Shown piece by piece: positions 25,411 to 38,310 of a DNA stretch of 64,000 nucleotides. The number at the start of each line of letters is the position of its first letter. Within the stretch, counting starts at the first letter, position 1. The notes under the pieces were generated by a model, which was given only the letters and a program-made list of their open reading frames with translations, did no database searches and was not told the DNA's origin. The translations under genes were made by a program, and so were the position numbers. The stretch is from Octopus bimaculoides (taxonomy: Eukaryota). The stretch covers positions 19,604,558-19,668,557 of the forward strand of contig NC_068993.1 of assembly GCF_001194135.2 (NCBI RefSeq), written 5' to 3'.

Positions 25411-25798
25411 GTTGTTGTTGTTGGCACTCAGTCGCTTACGATGTCGAGGATTCCAGTTGATCCGATCAACGGAACAGCCTGCTCGTGAAATTAACGTGCA
25501 AGTGGCTGAGAACTCCACAGACACGTGTACTCTTAACGTAGTTCTCGGAGAGATTCAGCGTGACACAGTGTGACAAGGCTGACCTTTTGAATTACAGGCA
25601 CAACAGAAACAGGAAGTAAGAGTGAGAGAAAGTTGTGGTGAAAGAGTACAGCAGGGTTCACCACCATCCCCTGCCGGAGCCTCGTGGAGCTTTAGGTGTT
25701 TTCGCTCAATAAACACTCACAACGTCCGGTCTGGGAATCGAAACCGCGATCCTATGAGCGCGAGTCCGCTGCCCTAACCACTGGGCCATTGCGCCTCC
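25411..25798 (-). mobile_element. SINE family A, full length, with TSD
   Basis: Head GGAGGCGCAATGGCCCAGTGGTTAGGGCAGCGGACTCGCG...GGTTTCGATTCCC (A and B boxes, tRNA-Arg-like anticodon arm) and a (CAA)n tail. AGCCTAGAT is repeated at 25401 and 25802. Confidence 0.93.
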
Positions 25799-26072
25799 TC
25801 AAGCCTAGATAGAGTATCTCTATAAAACCAGTGGAGAAATGACGAAAGATAAAATGTGAGTTTTACTTTTCAAAGATGTATGGGAATGGTGATCCTTTTA
25901 TATTCACAACCAAATCTGTCCGGCTCCAGTGTTACAGCTTCCAAAATCTCTGGGTTAATACCTTATATAAGAAGTAATGTTCTATTTTTAACAAACGTGA
26001 TCGTTTCGTAGCTAATCTGCATAAGATCCATCATGAGTTGTGTTTCGCCGCCTTTAAAAGTATTGAACATTC

Positions 26073-26566
26073 TTGCATTGCTGTGTGGTAAGAAGCTTGC
26101 TTCCCAACCACATGGTTGCGGGTTCAGTCCCATTGCATGGTAATTTGGGAACGTGTCTTTTGTTATAGTCTCGGGCCGACCAGAGCCTTGTAAGTAGATT
26201 TGGCAGACGGAAACTGAAAGAATTCCGTCAAACATATATCTGCCTTACACACACACACACACGCGCACGCACACACACGTAGATAAATACATATAGACAC
26301 ATGCGTGAATATATACATACATACGTGTGTGTGTATGTGTATGCGTGTGTGTCTTTATGTCTGTGCTTGTCCTCTCACCACCGCTTGACCACCGATGTTG
26401 GCATATTTACGTCTCTGTAACTTAGCTGTTCGGCGAAAGCTACCCGATAGAATAGTACTAGGCTCTAAAAATATGTACTGGGGACGATATGTTCGCCTAA
26501 AACCTTCAAGGCGGTGCTCCAGCATGGCCACAGTCAAATGACTGAAACAAGTCAAGTATAAAAGAG
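26073..26566 (+). mobile_element. SINE family B with expanded internal (CA)/(TG) microsatellite
   Basis: Head GCTGTGTGGTAAGAAGCTTGCTTCCCAACCACATGGTTGCGGGTTCAGTCCC and tail AAGGCGGTGCTCCAGCATGGCCACAGTCAAATGACTGAAACAAG. Confidence 0.88.
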
Positions 26567-27164
26567 AAAAGGGGTAAAGTAAAGTTAAAATAAGCTGTCT
26601 CCCGTAAAATAACTATAATTTGCTGTTAAAATATATTATGCTTCATATACTTATTTACAATACTTTTGTCACAGTCCTAAACCGAGCACCAGTTATCTGA
26701 GAGTAGGGCATATTTGTGAGAAACACCAATGTACGTTAGAGCGCCTTTATTGAAAGGAAATATCCTTATTTTGGCAGGATATATTTCAATCAAACAAGCA
26801 AGCGATTTTCGGTCACTCTGCATCGTAAAGTACTGAGATTTATTAATTATTTTTTTCTGTATTCAATTTATTTTCTATCAGATTGTTTATGTTAGACAAG
26901 GAATTGCTTCATGTGTGTCGATAATCTAGATTACTTTAACGATAAGTCTATTCACTAGAGACACTGTGCTACTTTATCTCAGATTGACAATAGTCTCTTT
27001 CTCACTTCAACAACAATACTCGACATAAATGGGTCAATATCTTTGAGGCGAATAAGAAATTGTTTTCCGAATTCCTATTCTGAAAGCAAAAACTAATTTC
27101 ATTCAGAAACAGAAAATAAGAAACGGTTGAAATACGACGATAACAACCACCACCGCCGCTACCG

Positions 27165-27212
<48 letters not shown>

Positions 27213-27218
27213 TATTCA

Positions 27219-27296
27219 ATGCGTCCTGCGTTTAGAGGGACATTTGGCTGTTATTTCTCGCAAGTTAAACGAACAGTTACCAGCTCCCTCGTTGTA
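27219..27296 (+). repeat. Short dispersed repeat (GAGGGAGATTTGGCTGCTATTTCT-type core)
   Basis: A similar core recurs at ~57856-57910 (+), ~61975-62050 (-), ~20340-20370 (-) and ~11015-11070 (+). The class was not determined. Confidence 0.45.
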
Positions 27297-27937
27297 TATA
27301 TATANNNNNNNNNNNNNNNNNNNNNNNNNNNNNNNNNNNNNNNNNNNNNNNNNNNNNNNNNNNNNNNNNNNNNNNNNNNNNNNNNNNNNNNNNNNNNNNN
27401 NNNNNNNNNNNNNNNNNNNNNNNNNNNNNNNNNNNNNNNNNNNNNNNNNNNNNNNNNNNNNNNNNNNNNNNNNNNNNNNNNNNNNNNNNNNNNNNNNNNN
27501 NNNNNNNNNNNNNNNNNNNNNNNNNNNNNNNNNNNNNNNNNNNNNNNNNNNNNNNNNNNNNNNNNNNNNNNNNNNNNNNNNNNNNNNNNNNNNNNNNNNN
27601 NNNNNNNNNNNNNNNNNNNNNNNNNNNNNNNNNNNNNNNNNNNNNNNNNNNNNNNNNNNNNNNNNNNNNNNNNNNNNNNNNNNNNNNNNNNNNNNNNNNN
27701 NNNNNNNNNNNNNNNNNNNNNNNNNNNNNNNNNNNNNNNNNNNNNNNNNNNNNNNNNNNNNNNNNNNNNNNNNNNNNNNNNNNNNNNNNNNNNNNNNNNN
27801 NNNNNNNNNNNNNNNNNNNNNNNNNNNNNNNNNNNNNNNNNNNNNNNNNNNNNNNNNNNNNNNNNNNNNNNNNNNNNNNNNNNNNNNNNNNNNNNNNNNN
27901 NNNNNNNNNNNNNNNNNNNNATATATATATAAGCTCG

Positions 27938-28309
27938 TTGATGAACCTCTGTATGAGTACAAACCCTGTATATAATGTACCGTGCATACAAAGTGAGGGC
28001 GTTATGTTTACATTGAGCAGACAGCTGATTGATGTCGCCAGCTTCAAGCGAATTAACGAGAGACATTCGACATCTTTGGCCGATTTTGTGTGGCCACTGA
28101 AGGAGGATAAAATTAAGCATAACACAACTTGGTCCATAGTAAAGCACACAAAACCATACATTATCATTTCCAGGAGAAGCCGACTCTTCTCCGAGGAATT
28201 CCTGTCTATTCTGTGGACCATTGAGAAGACCATTAACAAAATTTCTGAAAGACTCTTAAGATGCCTACTTTCGCACCATGCAGTGGAAATGAATTTGAGT
28301 AACTGTTAA
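27938..28309 (+). pseudogene. Penelope-like element GIY-YIG endonuclease C-terminal part, decayed
   Basis: RHSTSLADFVWPLKEDKIKHNTTWSIVKHTKPY...SRLFSEEFLSIL...TINKISE matches the PLE pattern KY..ST.LS..IW.LK......I.WSI+..A.PY.....C.LC..EK..I...LNKRSE. It is also homologous to 39234-39494. Confidence 0.75.
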
Positions 28310-28697
28310 TATAATTTACTTTAAGGTATGGATGAATTAAGTTCTTATGAACACCAAGTAGCTATTTAACACCTTATAAGAACATGTGTGCACCAATCCA
28401 CACGCGTGTGTATGCCTACATTTTCGTGGATGCTTGTATGAGCGAGTGTACATGCGCCATGCAGCTTGTGCAAGGGCGTTATACATCCATATCCGTTAAC
28501 GGTTGTTTTTAATACTTTTCTTGCTGTATTGCGTCTTCGTTTCTTTTTTGCATCTGATATTTTATTTTTGATCTTTAATAATATAGAATTTATATAGAAT
28601 CTACAAATGAAGATATATCCTTTGTTTTGCTGCTTTTCTTTCAATAAAATGAGAAGATACATAGTGTAACTGTTATTTTAACGAGTTGTATATATTT

Positions 28698-28803
28698 ATC
28701 ACCTGATGAGACACATCTACACCGCCGGATGCTACTGAACCAGTTGTTAAGTGTCCTACTCATCAGGGATAAATTCTAGATGTGCCGAAACAATTGTCGT
28801 GAT
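28698..28803 (+). ncRNA. Type I hammerhead ribozyme with canonical core and long stem II insert
   Basis: Stem I ATCAC(28698-702)/GTGAT(28799-803). CTGATGA at 28703-709. Stem II GACACATCTA/TAGATGTGCC pairs at 9 of 10 positions. GAAA at 28787-790. Palindromic stem III ACAATTGT. GUC cleavage after 28798, followed by AATAAA. Confidence 0.85.
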
Positions 28804-28925
28804 TAATAAAAATTCTCGTATCTTCTATCTTCCGTTTTTCATTTACCATATACATAACTCTGTGAAAGTGACCGTGCTTTGCCAATAAGCTACCAGGTAT
28901 AAACCATTCGTACTATTATTTAATA

Positions 28926-29129
28926 TGTGTGTGTGTGTGACCAGCACCGCTTGACAACCGCTGCTGGTGTGTTTACGTCCCCGTAATTTAGCGGTTCGGC
29001 CAAAGATTTCGATAGAATAAGTACAAGGTTTAAAAAAAAAGAGCACCGGATCGATTCATTCGACTAAAACCCTTCAAGGCGGTGCTCCAGCATGGCCACA
29101 GTCTAATGACTGAAACAAGTAAAAGAAAG
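28926..29129 (+). mobile_element. SINE family B, 3' half
   Basis: CCGCTTGACAACCG..GGTGTGTTTACGTCCCCGTAA...AAGGCGGTGCTCCAGCATGGCCACAGTCTAATGACTGAAACAAG. Confidence 0.85.
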
Positions 29130-31149
29130 AAGGCGGCACAACGTGATTGCTGGAATACGATATTGTATTGAGATGTTGCTCTAAGAAGAAACCGTTGGGA
29201 ACGAGAAAGATTCAGAAAAGGAAAAGGACGGGTGACGAGAATAATGATGGTGGATTTAATATTTAGAATGAATAAAAATAGGGGGGAGATGATGAAGGGT
29301 GTTGATGATGACGATGATGCTGATAATGGTGGTGGTGGTGGTGGTGGTGGTGATGATGGTGATGATCACGACAACGGCGATGATGATAANNNNNNNNNNN
29401 NNNNNNNNNNNNNNNNNNNNNNNNNNNNNNNNNNNNNNNNNNNNNNNNNNNNNNNNNNNNNNNNNNNNNNNNNNNNNNNNNNNNNNNNNNNNNNNNNNNN
29501 NNNNNNNNNNNNNNNNNNNNNNNNNNNNNNNNNNNNNNNNNNNNNNNNNNNNNNNNNNNNNNNNNNNNNNNNNNNNNNNNNNNNNNNNNNNNNNNNNNNN
29601 NNNNNNNNNNNNNNNNNNNNNNNNNNNNNNNNNNNNNNNNNNNNNNNNNNNNNNNNNNNNNNNNNNNNNNNNNNNNNNNNNNNNNNNNNNNNNNNNNNNN
29701 NNNNNNNNNNNNNNNNNNNNNNNNNNNNNNNNNNNNNNNNNNNNNNNNNNNNNNNNNNNNNNNNNATATATAGTGAAAGTGAAAAGGAAAGGGAAAAGAG
29801 AGATGCAAACAGAGTGAATTCATTAGAGTACATGTAACCCCAGTTTGAGACACCCTCACCCCACCTCGATGGAATGTATCCAGTACTAACTTTTTGGTGT
29901 AGGCATTTTTTCTTCTGAGAATTTTGCTTTCTTCGACCTGCTAGATCAGTGGGTTGGCAATGGAAGAGTATTTTTAGAGATTTGCATGAACTTTGACAGT
30001 AATACATTATTTAGTCAACTAAAAGAGATTATTAAATACTGAGGCTGCACATGATTAAGGCAGTGTTTTGAATATGTGTTTATGTGGATTAAACAAACGG
30101 GAAAATAGGTTTTAAATACACCACACAAAGAAATGTGAAATAGTTCTCGTAAGCCATCTTGAAAGATAACTGGATATTTCTGGCGACTCTACACCTTATC
30201 AGCTTCTGTTGAACTGCGACAAAATTACAATTTGTACAAGTTGACAAAAGTACGAGTGGCTGCTGATATACCTTGACCGCGAATGAGAAGATGCAACGAT
30301 GTTGTCACCTTGTATATGTACGTGATATATAAAACTTAGAGAAAATTTGTGAAAAAGAATACTTTAAACGTGCTCTGCTAGGTCTGCGTTTGAGGCACCT
30401 ACGTCAGAATCTAAATAGTAAACCTCCGCTAAGTCAATACCAACGTCCTAATCATTTTATTACTCACCAAGGGGCGAGCATAGAGGGAACAATACATCAC
30501 ATGTGGGGATGCAAAACAAAAAAGGGGTGGGTGGGAATAAGAACAACGTATGAAAAACATTTAATGACAAGATGAAGATGAAAAATGTAATGAAGCTACT
30601 CGGTCCCACCTCCGAGCAACCTCACTTAAACCTTCAACTCTCCTTATACCCTGTTCCCGCCAAAATATCTACCCCATATTTTTCCAACAAATCTTCATAA
30701 TATTAATGGTCTGGCAGTATATCCCTATCCAATTCCACTTCCCACATCCTCTATCCACTTTTATATCTTAATATTTTCTCTCTTTGTTCATCTGCAGGAA
30801 ACACACACCAATACCAATTTTTAATGTTATCAAAAATCATTGTTCCTACTGATTTGTAATCTTCCCAAGATGCTATCTCTCTACACAATTTTTTGTTAGA
30901 AGTTAGAATCATCATACATAATAATTGTGCATTTTTTCTTTTTTGTCTGTGAGGAGGGAGTTTGAGAATATTTCTCTGTATGTATGTGTTTTTCCTGTGT
31001 CAGAGGGGGATGGGAAAGATTGGTGCCTGTAGGAGGAGGGTAGGACGAAGAGGGTGTGGGTGATTGTGGGGTGATTATGGGACTTGCTATTTTTTTTCTT
31101 TTTCTCTTGCTTCATTTACCAATGGTTTCCCATTCATTGTACAATTTTT

Positions 31150-31830
31150 CTATTGGTACTTTTCCCTCTTCCCCACTCTTTCGCTCCTCCCGCGGCTCCC
31201 TTCCCACGCCTCCTCCATCTCCCCGGTCGGTGATGTGCAGTCCACCCCGATGCAACCCCCCACCAGGCCACACTCAAAGCATTGACAGACTTCGCCATCC
31301 ACCCTCACTCTCACCACCACCTCGTCCAACGGAACGGTCCCCATCACATTCTCCAGGACATCCGCCGAAGCCCGGACTGCCATCTCAAGCATCTGTCCCC
31401 TCCATACCCCGCTACGCGTCTCTGTGGCCCGGAGAATCGCTATGTCGTCCTCCCCCTCCAAGAGGACAGCGGCCACAATCCAGACCACATCCATCTCTGG
31501 TGAAACTCCCCTAACTCCGACTCTCGACGCACGACGTCCCATGCAAGTGGGCAGAAGCACAAACTTCTCATCCCCGACAGTCCCCGCTGCACACCTCCCA
31601 GCAACCCCTTCCATGTCCACTTCGTCCTTCTGGCGTCCTGCCACATCTGCGAATCTTCCGTCCTCTACTTTCTCGTCCATTCCCTCCACAGCCCGCAAAA
31701 ACTCGTCTCCAGTAGAAGACAACTCAGAACCGCTGAGGTTTGAACAGAACACCCTCCTACTCTTTTCCATTGGGCCAGCTCTCCTCATAAGAGGAGGAAA
31801 AGCACAAACAAGCTGCCACAAAGCAGCAAA
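31150..31830 (+). pseudogene. C-rich island, probably a decayed retroelement coding region (possibly PLE linker/GIY-YIG)
   Basis: Sharp compositional break from the AT-rich flanks. Scattered motifs in shifting frames (QSIDR...TER.P, HILQD, P..VHF...H, FPLGQL) resemble the PLE pattern IDR..ERIP, LLQND, PVARHF, FQLGTL, but the spacing is imperfect. Confidence 0.3.
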
Positions 31831-32099
31831 AATAGTTCACAAACTGTTCCAAAGAACACTGACACAAAATTCAACACAAACCTTCAGCACAAAAATACAC
31901 GTCTTAACACTGTGAAACATACTAGCAGAATAACTTACTAACAACATGAGGCAACGCCAATGTCCTCTTAACGATGAGCCGGAAATGATTTTTAAAATGA
32001 GAATATCTGAAATGAACCCGACTGTTTTCCCAAACGAGAATACTAAAAATGAACCCGATTGCTCTCAAAAATGAAGTAACAGAACTGGAAAAATAATTC

Positions 32100-32290
32100 A
32101 GTATCCTTGACCAGAACCGGATCGATTCCAATATCTAATCAGTTCGTGCCAGTTACAAAGCCAAACATCCCTGAAATTTTAATCTGAATCCATCCAGCGT
32201 TTCTTGAGATATCTTGTCCACGGACAAAGAAACAAACAAACAAATACGGCTGAAAACAATACCTCCGCCTTAGCGAGGATTGAGGTAAAA
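32100..32290 (+). mobile_element. End of a non-autonomous Helentron/DINE-1-like (HINE) element
   Basis: ...GAGATATCTTGTCCACGGACAAAG(AAAC)n...TGAAAACAATACCTCCGCCTTAGCGAGGATTGAGGTAA shows a short tetranucleotide repeat followed by an ACCTC...GAGGT terminal hairpin in a T/A-rich context. Confidence 0.5.
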
Positions 32291-33338
32291 ATAAGATAGT
32301 GGATATAAGAAAATGGAGAGAAGAGGATCTTCGTATAACGTTCACTGAGCTAAGATAATAAGGAAATAAGATTAGATTCGATATCTTAATAGAGGTTAAA
32401 GTTGCATGGATGCATTTACACTGTTTCCAAGTAGCAATATGTGCAATTATATCTATTGTCTACTTGATTATATCGGTTGATCACCAACTGATCAAGGCAG
32501 TTGAAATCGTGGCATGACAAAATTCTGTGATAAATCGCTTCTAAAATATGTACTTAGAAAACTATCCTTCTGGTCTTCAAATAAATTTTCAGTTTTGCAG
32601 TCCCAAGTATTCAGTTCTAGATTCTATTATCTAAAATTATGGACTTCTATATTGATTTTATGCTATCTGCATCGTGTTTCTTTACTGTATGTTACTGTAC
32701 TGTAGTATGAAAGAAATTTAGAATGCGTAGGTACGTTAAACTTATACAGGATTCTGTCTTTCCGCAGCAAACAAAGAATTCCAGTGAAATTTTAAGTATT
32801 CTTCCGTCTTCCTTTACATGATTTTTCAAAGGCATTCTAATCACAATGAAATAATGAAATAAACAACTCTAATATTTAGTTACGCAGAAGAAACTAATTT
32901 ACTTTTTACTATGTTTGTTTATTTGTTTATTTATTTTCGTGATGTAAAAAATTCTCCGCAGTGTAGAAAGAGTCTAATATTTCGTATAGGGAAAAGACAA
33001 GATGTCAAATATCCTACATATAATAATACGCAATACAAATCTCGTTGGTCACGCTGGTAGAAGAAGACTAGAAGAGAAAACGGAGAACGAGTCCGTGACA
33101 TTCAGAGACGTTAAATGCATCGGAACTGTATAGTAATAAGATTTTCTTCTGAAGTTGCTGGTGTTGTAATCGTAAGTAGGATCTACTTTTACAGACACGC
33201 ACATGAGCACACACACATACACACACATATGCACATGTACGTGAGTGTGTATATCATATGTTTATATATATATATATTTACTTTGAAATGAATGCGTGGC
33301 ATTCAATCAAATAATAATATAAATTATATATATATGCA

Positions 33339-33376
<38 letters not shown>

Positions 33377-34146
33377 CTATATATATATACATACATACAT
33401 GAGTACAGTACGTCACCAACAGTAAACAACATGAATTACGAAAACAAATGTGTTCAATACGCAAGCAACGAGAAACAAATGGAAAACAGGACAAGTGACA
33501 TAAAGAACGACACTTCATCAATTGTCGGCTGACTGTCTACGCCTTATTTCCAGCAATGAACGACAATATGAATCTCTGAAGACAATTGCTCCAATGAGTA
33601 CCAAAATTAAATTTGAGATAAAAACAGAACAGTAGAAACATACAAAGAAACCGAACGAAAACAAACATGGAATGTCGTTAGACTAGAACGAAGGTAAAAT
33701 AGCGAACGCTGGAGAAATATTTTCCTAGACAAGAGAAAACACAGGAGAGAGAGATAAGATACGTCCAGTCCTGAAAGAAAAGAAAGGTGATCCCGCGGGG
33801 AAAAGAAAGATGGACGATGGTCACGTGTGAGCAACGAGAGAGAGAGAGGGAGAACAGAAGAAAGAGGGGGTGAGAGAGAGACAGATAGGAAACGGTGAAA
33901 GGGAGAAAAAAGGGAAATAGAGAAAGGATGAGAGAGAAAACGATAGGGGAGAAAAGCAATATAGAGTAGAATCGCATCAAAAAGATTAAGAAAAGGATCA
34001 CTCGTTGGTGATGTCCTATACTTGATGTATCTTATATTTATTTATTTTATAATTGAATACCACGCAAACTTGTCCACAGTAAGTTTTTACTTCTATTTAT
34101 AATTTCTGTGACTCTACTCTCAGTTCCCTTTCTTTCTTTCATTCAT

Positions 34147-34184
<38 letters not shown>

Positions 34185-34410
34185 TTCCTTCCTTTCTTTC
34201 TATCCCTCTACAATCCTCTTTATTTTCCATTTCTCTCGCTCCCTTTTTGCTATCTCTATTCTATTCCTTACTATCTTTCGTTCCTTTTCTATTCTCTTCA
34301 CTCTCTTTGTTTCTTTCCCTCATCCTCTCTCATATATATTTAAGTAGTATCTCCGCCCTGTTACGTGACAGACAGGCGTCCGATTCCCCGCTGAGGGGGC
34401 CTCCATATCT

Positions 34411-34473
34411 TTTCAAGGTGGTGCTCTAGCATGGCCGCAGTCAAATAACTGAAACAAATAAAAGAATAAAAGA
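34411..34473 (+). mobile_element. SINE family B tail fragment
   Basis: AAGGTGGTGCTCTAGCATGGCCGCAGTCAAATAACTGAAACAAATAAAAGAATAAAAGAG. Confidence 0.8.
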
Positions 34474-35699
34474 GTCAAAGGAAATGTATATATTAGGAAT
34501 ACGCACACACACAAAGACATACGAATCCACATGCACACATCTATGCATAGTTACAAACGTCTGAGCCAGCATTAGATTATTTGTAACGCCAGAAACGGCA
34601 GCTTAATCTCGAACAAGTCAAGCATCAATGTCTTAAAAATAGAAAGTAACATTGGCTAATATAATTCCTGATCTACAAACAGACGTATCACCATGGTTGG
34701 ACTGTCACTCAGCTTACGAAATCTCGATTAGAGTTAGGCCAGAGTGATATAACAACAACAAAAATAATTGCAAATATGTATAGTGTTGTAAGAAGGTGGG
34801 TGAGTATTAGTGGCTGAAAATGCTAGCTGTGGGGGAAAACGCACAGGCAAGGACTGTCGAGTACATGAAGATTATAAGTCATTCATTAATACCCGGAGTC
34901 TAGGAAGAGCCAAGAGTAATCTCTCTATATAAAAGTGAAATGGCCGAAAGTTGTGTTTGCGCGTCTCATTTAGTGGTTATGCAGGGTTCAATGCCAGTAG
35001 GCGTGTTCGGATTGCGGCGAAAATTTACAGGGACATGTAAAATGAGGCGAGGAAGCGACTGGACTAGGTTAAAAATCTCCATCTCAAAAGCTGTGGTTAC
35101 TAGGGCAACAAAACCCATTTTCGATCGATTCTGCAAGCTGTGGAGGTCGTGTTTTGTGGGCGATTTTAATAAAAAGCACACTTGCATAATCTATAATCTC
35201 TTGTGTTCGTCAATTTTTTGTAGATGTTGTTTAAAAGAAAAGATTTTATGAAGTGATAAAAAGTTGCATTTTTAGTCGTTTTACCGTTTGATTATTTACT
35301 GCTTGAATCTTTGATTTGTTCTGGATAAAAATTATACTACCCAGTAGGATTTCATGAGAAGTATTTTGGGAATTTTGATTCGTTCAAAAATTCCGCCGAT
35401 AAGTACAAAAATAATCAAGTTTCCGGTTATTTTTCATTTTATTTTCATGATTTAGTGGTACGAGACGATAGGCGTGACTTTTTTTCGTTTCGCCGAGAAG
35501 GCTTATCGCTTTTTTATCCATTTGCGTACTTGCCTTTTTTTAATCAATTTTTTAATAAACTTACCATGATTTTCAAAGTCTTTTCATTTTTTAAAAATGC
35601 GGCGGATCGAGAATAGACCCGAATGGTTCGAATGCAGCGGCTTCTCGTTGCAGGTTGATGTTACTTTCTCGTTTAGCTTTCAGATTTTGTTCCGGCTTC

Positions 35700-35905
35700 T
35701 GGAGCATCACTGGTTGAGAGTCTGGACAACTGTTGTTTCTTCCGTTTTTCTTCCTTCTTCAAGCGTTCCCTTAGTGTAGGTCTGTATCTCGTCGATTTTG
35801 TTGGATAGGACTGTGAGCTTGGAGGAGATATCTTTCAGTTCTTTTAGTATCTCTAGGTTCAACGTGTTTTCGCTTTGGTCGGGTTTTGTGGCATTTTCTT
35901 CCTCG
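35700..35905 (-). pseudogene. Coiled-coil-like coding remnant (possible LINE ORF1)
   Basis: The minus frame reads EEENATKPDQSENTLNLEILKELKDISSKLTVLSNKIDEIQTYTK, a heptad-like pattern, followed by in-frame stops. Confidence 0.3.
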
Positions 35906-36177
35906 TGTTATGAGTATGTATAGAAAACAGAGATATTTTATTCCACACCAGTAGAAATATAAGAAAACTAGAAGTTGAGAATGCACTGACATGTTTACTC
36001 AACCGTGTCTGCTCTCTTTTTAGGCGCCTTTCCTTTCTCTTGTTTCCTTTCCCGCTGTATGCTTTTTACGTCTGCTGCTGTTTCAGCTAATTTCAAAAGC
36101 CATTAAACATTTCCTACTCCTTCCACAGTGACTTATTACTTCTTACACCTTCTTTTTTGCCTATTCATCTCAGCCTG

Positions 36178-36213
<36 letters not shown>

Positions 36214-36223
36214 NNNNNNNNNN

Positions 36224-36264
<41 letters not shown>

Positions 36265-36429
36265 ATTTCTTTCACTCTCTCTTTCTATCACTCTCTCTCA
36301 TTCACTATTCTTAATTTAATTTTCGACCATCATCAGTAACTATTTCTTTTCTGTAAGATAAAACTTATACTCGAAATGTTAGACTGCTTTTCTCCATTAC
36401 AATATAAAAGGATATCTCATTGTTTAAAT

Positions 36430-36706
36430 CAGTGGTTCTCAACTGGGATCTCTATGGATTTCAAAGCCCCTGAAAGGAAATTTGCTTTAGATGTATGTAT
36501 TACTATGTAGTGCTAGAAACAGCTTGGGTTCTATCTCTAACGTTGTACATAGTTCAACTTATATAAGTTAATGTGTAAAAAGCAAAATAGGAATTTTGAA
36601 AGAAGTATCTTTAGGACTAGTTTTTAAATATCGAATGGCTTTGGGGGCCCACTAGAATAAATTAGTAATCAGAGGGATCCATAGAAAAAAAAGTTGCGAA
36701 ACCCTG
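36430..36706. mobile_element. hAT-type MITE
   Basis: TIRs CAGTGGTTCTCAACT / AGTTGCGAAACCCTG. 8-bp flanks GTTTAAAT (36422-29) and GTTTAAAG (36707-14). Subterminal GGGATCTCTATG / GGGATCCATAG. Confidence 0.75.
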
Positions 36707-37557
36707 GTTTAAAGGATTCGCCTTATTTTCTCTCAACATACAACATACCAGAAGTCCTAGAATTCTACTGGTCTACAGTACCTTTTGTCGTTACAATCAC
36801 TCTTCATCTCCGTTTGTTAAAAAAACTCTTTAACCCTATACTTTCTAAACTACACTGTACTACGGTTCCTTCAGAAACACATGGCTTTCACTATCACGCT
36901 AACCGAAAGCGACGAACTGGCAAAATCGTTACCACATCAGACAAAATGCTTTGCAGTATTACAACTGCCTTTACGCTCTGGGTTCAAATTACGATGAAAT
37001 AATTACCAGTTCAGCACTGGGTCGATGTAATCAACTTCTCCCCTTTAATCCGACTCTGCTGGCCTTGTGGCTACATTTGAAACCAATATCATGCTAACCT
37101 ATCAAATCGATTCCTAGGTTAACATACTTTAGAGGAACTTATGTATCTTACTATCTTCACCATACTTTCATTCTACAAAATTTATCCTCTCTACATCATT
37201 TTTATCTTTTTTTTCCCATTTTTTAACCTTCCTTCTCTTTATTTTTATTTTGTCTTTCCTTTCTCGTCTTGGCTGTCTCTCGATTTCGTGCTTTCTGTCT
37301 TCTTCCATTTAAGACTCGTAGTTTTTCTAGTTATTCTATCACAATTTTTTTCTACTCTTACATGTTAATATCTTGTCAAATGTTTAATATTTTAAATGTT
37401 AGATTTCATAAGTGTCTAAACTTTCCAACTCTTGGTATTTGTAAGTCTCATCTTGACTTAAATATTTATAACCCTGTCGAAGTTTCTAATTTATAATAAA
37501 AATTTCACGTTGCTCGCCCTGACACAGTGCATTATCTAAGATTTACTTCAATTGTTG

Positions 37558-37607
<50 letters not shown>

Positions 37608-37615
37608 ATGTGTGT

Positions 37616-37648
<33 letters not shown>

Positions 37649-37700
37649 NNNNNNNNNNNNNNNNNNNNNNNNNNNNNNNNNNNNNNNNNNNNNNNNNNNN

Positions 37701-37749
<49 letters not shown>

Positions 37750-38310
37750 AATGCGTGTGTTTCATTAAATACACAACTCTTGTTAATTTATTCTTCTTTA
37801 TTTTATGTTTCACATTTTCTCAGCTTTTTGCAGTTCATTTAGAACAATAGAGTTCCTAAATCCATCCCTGACGTTTCTAGAACTTCACAATCGTATTTTC
37901 AGTTGGAAATAATGAAACAGGGAAGATCTCGAAACGCTGATGTGGATTTAGGAATCCTACTTTTCCAAACTAAGTATTAAATGCTAAAAACATATAAAAC
38001 AAAACAAAGAACTGAACATTGTCTTGAATTTAATGAAACATGCATATAAGCAAAACTATTCGCCCTATATACGAATTTGTGTGTGTTTGTGTGTGTGTGT
38101 GTGAGCGCGTGCGTGCGTGCGTGTGTGTGTGCAAGCGCGTGCGCGTGTTTGATTATATGGGATACTCTGGGATGTTTATACCTATACATATTTTGTTTGA
38201 AGAAGAGAAGTAGTTGATATATGGAAGCCAACATCAGACAAGAGTATTACCATTGATGTAAACGTAATTCAAATAAGTCCAGTTACTGTGTCACAGCCAT
38301 AGAAATATTG

